Shown here piece by piece: positions 6,710-11,753 of a stretch of DNA of 11,753 nucleotides (positions are counted from its first letter, which is position 1; the number at the start of each line of letters is the position of its first letter). Origin of the DNA: Candidatus Hermodarchaeota archaeon (GTDB lineage Archaea; Asgardarchaeota; Hermodarchaeia; Hermodarchaeales; Hermodarchaeaceae); NCBI GenBank assembly GCA_016839805.1, contig JAEOTO010000040.1:1-11753 (forward strand). Direction: 5' to 3'. The translations under genes were made by a program, and so were the position numbers. The notes under the pieces are model-generated. The model did not search any database. It saw only the letters and a list, made by a program, of their open reading frames with translations, and had not been told where the DNA came from.

Positions 6710-7684
6710 CTAATTGTTGGAATTCGTAGAGAGGGTGGATTTATATTCTTCAAAGAATTTTGAAAGGTCGACGTTTCCGCCACTTAAGATAATGCCGATG
6801 CGTTGGTTATCGATGTTCTCTTTGATTTTCAGGAGCCCTGCTAATGGCACAGCACCAGAGGGTTCAATGACGAGTTTCATCCGTTCCCAAAGGAACCGCA
6901 TGGCATCTAAGATTTCTTCTTCTGTTACAGTAATGATTTCATCAACCTTTTGCTGTATAATTGAAAAGGTGAGTTTACTCAAGGAGGTGCGAAGTCCATC
7001 AGCTATTGTGTTCGGATTTTCACTTGGGACAATTTTGCCAGATTTAAACGAGCGATAGGCATCATCTGCCCCTTGGGGTTCAATGGCATACACCATTGCT
7101 TTAGGACACAGACCCTTCGTAGCGATGGCTGTTCCACTGATGAGTCCTCCACCTCCAATTGGAGCCAACATCATATCAATAGCTCCTACTTCACTAATCA
7201 ACTCAAAAGCCGCAGTCCCTGCTCCAGCAATTACCCGAGAATCATCATAGGGATGAATGAGAATGAACCCATGTTTTTTGATTAGCCGTTTAACAGTACG
7301 TTCCCTCATTTCCATATTTGGTGTACAAAACTCAATTGCGGCGTCATAATCTCGGGTCGCAGCAATCTTGACAGGTGAAGAATTTTCTGGCATCACGATA
7401 GTTGCTTTTATTCCGAGCATTTTCGCTGCAAGGGCAACAGCTTGGGCGTGGTTTCCTGATGAATGGGTAATGACACCACGTTGTTGTTCTTTTTCTGTTA
7501 ATTGAGAGATTGCATTGTAAGCTCCACGGAATTTGAAGGCTCCGATGCGTTGGAAGTTTTCACATTTGAAGAAAATACTACAGTTGGTCAGGCGATTTGC
7601 AGTTAAGGAGGTCATGATTGGAGTCTGTATACTGGCTCTTCGGATCCGCTCATAAGCAGCCTTGACATCTGCGAATGAAACCAT
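6710..7684 (-). CDS. Fold-type II PLP enzyme: serine racemase / Ser-Thr or hydroxyaspartate ammonia-lyase type, no ACT domain
   Basis: FKCENFQRIGAFKFRGA (PLP lysine), THSSGNHAQA, PIGGGGLISG, IEPQGADD, TIADGL, IEPSGA and ILSGGNVD; 324 aa, catalytic domain only. Confidence 0.93.
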   Translation of the reverse strand: MVSFADVKAAYERIRRASIQTPIMTSLTANRLTNCSIFFKCENFQRIGAFKFRGAYNAISQLTEKEQQRGVITHSSGNHAQAVALAAKMLGIKATIVMPENSSPVKIAATRDYDAAIEFCTPNMEMRERTVKRLIKKHGFILIHPYDDSRVIAGAGTAAFELISEVGAIDMMLAPIGGGGLISGTAIATKGLCPKAMVYAIEPQGADDAYRSFKSGKIVPSENPNTIADGLRTSLSKLTFSIIQQKVDEIITVTEEEILDAMRFLWERMKLVIEPSGAVPLAGLLKIKENIDNQRIGIILSGGNVDLSKFFEEYKSTLSTNSNN

Positions 7685-7705
7685 GGATATGTCTATGGTC
7701 GTGAA

Positions 7706-7728
7706 GGAGAATAAGTGTTTATTTCTCC
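7706..7728. promoter_or_regulatory. Imperfect inverted repeat over the candidate TATA of the PLP-enzyme gene
   Basis: GGAGAATAA-gtgt-TTATtTCTCC with one bulge; minus-strand CTTATT lies about 25 nt before ATG 7684. Confidence 0.3.
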
Positions 7729-7764
7729 CTGGACAAAATGCATGGAAGGTTTCGTGGGGAAGAC

Positions 7765-7771
7765 TTTATAA
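7765..7771 (+). promoter_or_regulatory. Candidate TATA box (TTTATAA) for carbamate kinase
   Basis: Consensus archaeal TATA preceded by purine-rich GGGAAGA (BRE-like), about 55 nt before ATG 7826. Confidence 0.55.
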
Positions 7772-7825
7772 CTTGGCATGAAGTGAGAATAGCTCTCTCA
7801 GGGTCAAATGAAAGGGTGTTTAGCC

Positions 7826-8767
7826 ATGTCAAATCGCATTGTTATTGCCATTGGCGGTAATTCTCTTATTAAAGATAAGGCACACAAAACTGTTCCCGAC
7901 CAATATGCTGCTGCTGAAGAAACCGTTCCGCATATCGTTGATCTCGTAGAACAAGGATGGGATGTGGCAATCACCCACGGCAATGGTCCACAGGTTGGAT
8001 TTATTCTTCGTCGGTCAGAACTTGCACGACATGAACTTCATGAAGTCCCCCTTGATTTCTGTGGAGCTGATACCCAAGGTGCCATTGGTTATATGCTACA
8101 GCAAATTCTCTATGCGGAATTTCAGCGCCGCAAGATCCAAAAACAAGCCGTAACCGTCGTCACGCAGGTTCTTGTCGACAGCAACGACCCCGCTTTTTCT
8201 CAGCCTAACAAACCAATTGGTTCATTTATGGATCAACAAACAGCAGAGAATCGGACACAAGATGGTTGGCATGTTGTCGAGGACGCAGGTCGGGGTTGGC
8301 GCCGTGTGGTTCCATCTCCTATTCCCCGTGAAGTTATTGAAGCTGGGGCGGTTGTAAATCTCATTGAAGATGGATTCGTTGTCATCACCGTGGGTGGCGG
8401 TGGTATTCCAGTAATTAAAACCGATGATGGACGATTGAAGGGTGTATCGGCTGTGATTGACAAGGATCGTGCCTCAGCTCTTCTTTGCAAAGCTATTGAT
8501 GCAAAGCGGTTCCTGATTTCAACTTCCATTGACAAAGTCTACCTGAACTTTGGGAAATCCAATCAACAACCCATTGATAAAATGACTCTCAGTGAAGCCA
8601 AACGGTACTTAAAAGAAGGGCACTTTGCCCCCGGCTCCATGGCGCCCAAAATAGAATCAGTAATCACTTTCATCGAAGATGGAGGCGAGCTCGCTATCAT
8701 CACCTCCCCAGAGAGCATGTCGCGGGCCCTGAAGGGTGAAGCGGGTACACACATCACTCCCGATTAA
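7826..8767 (+). CDS. arcC: Carbamate kinase
   Basis: IAIGGNSL, THGNGPQVG, ADTQGAIGY, DPAF..PNKPIG, EDAGRGWRRVVPSP, GGGGIPV, AVIDKD and GSMAPKIE. Start placed at ATG 7826 (SD-like AGGGTG at 7813-7818) rather than 7808. Confidence 0.97.
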   Translation: MSNRIVIAIGGNSLIKDKAHKTVPDQYAAAEETVPHIVDLVEQGWDVAITHGNGPQVGFILRRSELARHELHEVPLDFCGADTQGAIGYMLQQILYAEFQRRKIQKQAVTVVTQVLVDSNDPAFSQPNKPIGSFMDQQTAENRTQDGWHVVEDAGRGWRRVVPSPIPREVIEAGAVVNLIEDGFVVITVGGGGIPVIKTDDGRLKGVSAVIDKDRASALLCKAIDAKRFLISTSIDKVYLNFGKSNQQPIDKMTLSEAKRYLKEGHFAPGSMAPKIESVITFIEDGGELAIITSPESMSRALKGEAGTHITPD

Positions 8768-8836
8768 CTAACAAGTCAAATGTTTCTTGAAACAGTTTAA
8801 CGAGCAAACTGATAGTCAATAAGTGAGAGACCAATA

Positions 8837-9667
8837 ATGATTACAGAAACTTTCGAGGAAGTTGCTCAATTTTCAAAGGAAGACATCAATTCGCTGCTTA
8901 GCCATATTCTGCCAATTCTCCATAAGGAACCACTACTCGCAAGCCTGCCTAAAACGCCACTTCTCTTCGTCGGAGATACCCATGGGGATTGGGAAGCCAC
9001 AAAAACTTTGTTAGCACGGTACTGGGATTCACCAACTACTTTTGTATTTTTAGGCGATTATGTGGACCGAGGACCCCACCAAATTGAGAATATAAATTTA
9101 CTCTTTAAACTGAAAACAAAAACTCCAAATCGATTAGTTCTCCTTCGAGGGAATCATGAAATTCCAAGTATCAATCGCTATTATGGTTTCTACGACGAGA
9201 TTCAGACCCACCTTGGGAATTTAATGAAAGGGTATTGGGACACCTTCGCTCATCTCCCGCTTGCAGCAATCAGCCAAGACTTCAAAATTTTTGCAGTACA
9301 TGGAGGGATTCCCGAGGGGTTAGACCAGATTGATGAGATCAACCACCTTCCTCGAGAAGTGGAACCCGAACATCCAGTCACGTTTCAGTTACTGTGGAAT
9401 GATCCAAAAGAAACACTGAAGGGATTTACAGCTTCCATGCGAGGTGGGCGTGCTCGCAACTTCGGACTCGATGTCACGACCGCATTCATGAATCGGAATA
9501 ATATTGACCTGATTGTTCGAGCCCACGAGGTATTTCATCACGGGTTCCATGAATTCTTTGATGGACGTATTCTAAGCCTTTTCTCCTGTCGAAATTACCA
9601 AGGACCTATAGCAGGTAAAGCTTTGTATATTAATCCAAATGGAGACCGAGAACTAACTCCGATTTAG
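8837..9667 (+). CDS. PPP-family Ser/Thr protein phosphatase (PP1/PP2A-like metallophosphoesterase)
   Basis: GDTHG, GDYVDRG, LRGNHE, VHGGI, LLWNDP, RG...FG, IVRAHE and LFSCRNY all present in order. Confidence 0.95.
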   Translation: MITETFEEVAQFSKEDINSLLSHILPILHKEPLLASLPKTPLLFVGDTHGDWEATKTLLARYWDSPTTFVFLGDYVDRGPHQIENINLLFKLKTKTPNRLVLLRGNHEIPSINRYYGFYDEIQTHLGNLMKGYWDTFAHLPLAAISQDFKIFAVHGGIPEGLDQIDEINHLPREVEPEHPVTFQLLWNDPKETLKGFTASMRGGRARNFGLDVTTAFMNRNNIDLIVRAHEVFHHGFHEFFDGRILSLFSCRNYQGPIAGKALYINPNGDRELTPI

Positions 9668-9679
9668 GTTAAATTATGC

Positions 9680-10027
9680 TCATGTTGAGCGAATGGCTTT
9701 GAGTAATTGGATTTGGGTAAAAGGTTTTTCTAAAAATTGGGTGCCCGTTGACTCGGCGACATCTTTCCCAAGGAATTTAGTTCCCATTAAAATAATTGCT
9801 AATCCTTGTTTTTTCAAACTGGAGATAAAATCACTGGTCATAGAGCTTCCAAGCCAGTAATCAAATAAAATTACCTTAGGAGGCGTCTCACTTGCATCCA
9901 GAGCATGTCGAAAGGCATCTATCGTTTTAATGCCAGGACAGACGTCATATCCTGACTGCTGAAGGAGTGATTCAAGGGATGAACGCAGAGTATCAAGCGG
10001 GGTTATGACCATGACAGCTGTTGGCAT
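9680..10027 (-). CDS. Stand-alone atypical receiver (CheY-like) domain protein
   Basis: PKVILFD (D56), IILMGT and FLEKPF...LLKAI fit the receiver pattern; the beta1 acidic pair is replaced (VITP instead of IVDD). SD-like GAGGAG overlaps the upstream stop. Confidence 0.85.
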   Translation of the reverse strand: MPTAVMVITPLDTLRSSLESLLQQSGYDVCPGIKTIDAFRHALDASETPPKVILFDYWLGSSMTSDFISSLKKQGLAIILMGTKFLGKDVAESTGTQFLEKPFTQIQLLKAIRST

Positions 10028-10040
10028 CCAGCATTTCTCC

Positions 10041-11753
10041 TCATTTCGCTTTTTTCGGGGTTCGTTTTTTTCGTGTCCTTGAACGTTTCACGCTGGGAAT
10101 TAATATCTGAAAGACTGTTCCGTAACGCGGATCATCTAAAACGATATTTTTCACGTAAAATTTACCACGGAAATAGTTCACTAATGCCGGTACGACTAAA
10201 AGATTCGGAACCGCTTTTTGAGGTTGTTCGGTGTCAGAGCGGAAGAGAAGAACCTTTTCGACATCAGATAATACCCATTTGGGATGGGCGATCTCTGTTT
10301 GCCAATATTCAATTTCAAATTCTGTAATCTTTGAAAAAGTGACATCAATCGTTGCCGTACCACCTACATCCTGCCCCAATGTTAATCGGAGAAGTGGTTG
10401 AAAAATTTGTCCAAGATAATAATTAGCTAACACTTGACACTTTTGTGCTGGTAAGGAGAGGTTGATTTGACCTGTGGATTCAGGAACCAATTCTTGGAGT
10501 TCATTAATTACCGCCGCTACTGTGGAGCACAAGTCAATCCGCGAAAATTCTGGTAGGGCCTGTGCATCGATGAGTCGCAACAATTGAATACTTTTCATCA
10601 TATCTTCAATTTCATTTACTTCAGCTTGTATCATACCAAAAAAGTGCTTATGTTCTTCTTTGGTAGTTGCTAATCCCCCAAGTTCAGTAAGACTGAGAAT
10701 ACTTTGAATTCTATTTGTAATGGAGTTACTAAGAATTGCTAGGTAGTAATCCAGATTGGTTAATTGAGAAGTTGAAGGCTTTCGGAGTCTGTGTTCTGTA
10801 ATGGTAAATCGGCGTAACTCAGCCCGGACACGACTTAACTCCTCAACAAGGGAGGCATAGCTATCAGAAACCTCTTGTAATTCAGCAAAAAGCAGTGCAG
10901 GAGGTTCATTGTAAGAAATAATACCAGGTTCTGTAACAGCACCAGTTTCAGCTTCAAGACCTTCTAAGGGTTGATAAAGTAACCGGGAAAGATAGTAAGC
11001 TGCACTTCCACTGATAAGGATAAGTACAGCAATCCCCGCTATCAGTCCTCCACTAATAGTATGTAAAGCAACCATCACATCCGAAGGTGACAAATAAACA
11101 AGTAGAACTCGACCGGTAATGGCAATAGCAATAGTGCTAATTAGGATTAGCACAACTACCAAGGAGAGGACTAATACAACGCGGGTTACAACAGGGTATT
11201 TGATTGAGATGGAGCGAATTGTTGCCATTTTTTCTAGGGTTTCGGTGAAAATAGTGAGAATCGCAATGAGGAAGGTGAAGATGGCAAATAATGAAATGAT
11301 GTCCGATAATGATCCAGAATAGAAGAATGCTGAAATCAAAACATAACCGGAGGCGTATTGAACCGCAAATACTGTATAACCTACAAGGAGGATTAGGCTA
11401 GCAAGAACTAAGAGAAACCGGCTTAATCGTCCAATAACCTCTTTGGGAGGATTCTGATTGAAATAAAAGCTCCAAGCAAAAATTGCGGTGAAAAAACCAA
11501 TAAGAACGCGAAGTCCCGAACCGATTGCGGGAAAAATTGGGGGATGGAAGGTTAAATTCAGCTGATACACTGTTAAAATACAGGCCAGAAAGAAGATTAT
11601 GATTAGAAGATAGCCTCCAACCTGTCGCCAGGATTGGCGCCGTTGCTCAATCGAGACTAAGGCAAATCCGACGAGTAGCACTATATTTGCTATTGCTGCA
11701 AGATAGCTAGAGGCAGAGGGATATGAGACTGGTAGACCAAAAAAGAGGGTTTC
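10041..11753 (-). CDS. Multi-TM membrane sensor with HAMP-like linker and degenerate histidine-kinase (DHp + HATPase-like) module; 5'-truncated by the window edge
   Basis: Frame is open to base 11753 (ETLFFGLPVSYPSASSYLAAIANIVLL...). At least 7 hydrophobic helices, then LSRLLYQPLEGLE...ELQEVSDSYASLVEEL (HAMP-like), LAILSNSITNRIQSIL (H-box position), IDLCSTV, LANYYLGQIFQPLL (N-box position), EKVLLF (F box) and GKFYVKN..DDPRYGTVFQILIP (kinase C-terminal strands). Confidence 0.8.
   Translation of the reverse strand, partial: ETLFFGLPVSYPSASSYLAAIANIVLLVGFALVSIEQRRQSWRQVGGYLLIIIFFLACILTVYQLNLTFHPPIFPAIGSGLRVLIGFFTAIFAWSFYFNQNPPKEVIGRLSRFLLVLASLILLVGYTVFAVQYASGYVLISAFFYSGSLSDIISLFAIFTFLIAILTIFTETLEKMATIRSISIKYPVVTRVVLVLSLVVVLILISTIAIAITGRVLLVYLSPSDVMVALHTISGGLIAGIAVLILISGSAAYYLSRLLYQPLEGLEAETGAVTEPGIISYNEPPALLFAELQEVSDSYASLVEELSRVRAELRRFTITEHRLRKPSTSQLTNLDYYLAILSNSITNRIQSILSLTELGGLATTKEEHKHFFGMIQAEVNEIEDMMKSIQLLRLIDAQALPEFSRIDLCSTVAAVINELQELVPESTGQINLSLPAQKCQVLANYYLGQIFQPLLRLTLGQDVGGTATIDVTFSKITEFEIEYWQTEIAHPKWVLSDVEKVLLFRSDTEQPQKAVPNLLVVPALVNYFRGKFYVKNIVLDDPRYGTVFQILIPSVKRSRTRKKRTPKKAK

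Noticed and set aside
6714-8757. Short ORFs within the PLP-enzyme and carbamate kinase genes
   Set aside because: They are antisense or out-of-frame shadows of strongly conserved genes.
2539-9667. HEAT protein plus PPP phosphatase as a PP2A-like holoenzyme
   Set aside because: The genes are 5.6 kb apart in different transcription units, and short PBS-type HEAT proteins are common in prokaryotes; nothing in the sequence links them.
10073-11322. Plus-strand ORFs 10073-10327 and 11119-11322
   Set aside because: They are antisense to the sensor gene and have no motifs.
9680-11753. Calling the degenerate kinase and receiver pseudogenes
   Set aside because: There are no internal stops or frameshifts over more than 2 kb, the SD and operon spacing are intact, and structural residues appear preserved.

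Overview
Gene-dense window of about 12 protein-coding genes, with no recognisable rRNA, tRNA, CRISPR array or mobile element. It is probably archaeal: GAGGTG(A) Shine-Dalgarno sites, TTATA-type boxes about 25-60 nt upstream of starts, and a PP1/PP2A-like phosphatase. An Asgard-like lineage is only an inference. Gene order: 5'-truncated penicillin-acylase (Ntn hydrolase) family protein, small Gly-rich membrane protein with a polybasic tail, HEAT-repeat protein, minus-strand winged-HTH regulator, 334-bp divergent intergenic region with operator-like palindromes, lone OppB/DppB permease, hairpin terminator, then three minus-strand genes (GNAT, MSMEG_0568/NitD-like radical SAM, serine-racemase-like PLP enzyme), divergent carbamate kinase, PPP Ser/Thr phosphatase, and a convergent minus-strand two-gene operon. 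That operon is the most unusual element. It encodes a multi-TM sensor with a histidine-kinase scaffold in which the H, N, G1 and G2 boxes are all substituted (pseudokinase), followed by an atypical stand-alone receiver lacking the acidic pocket, and it abuts the eukaryote-like phosphatase. All family calls come from motif recognition by eye; no searches were run.
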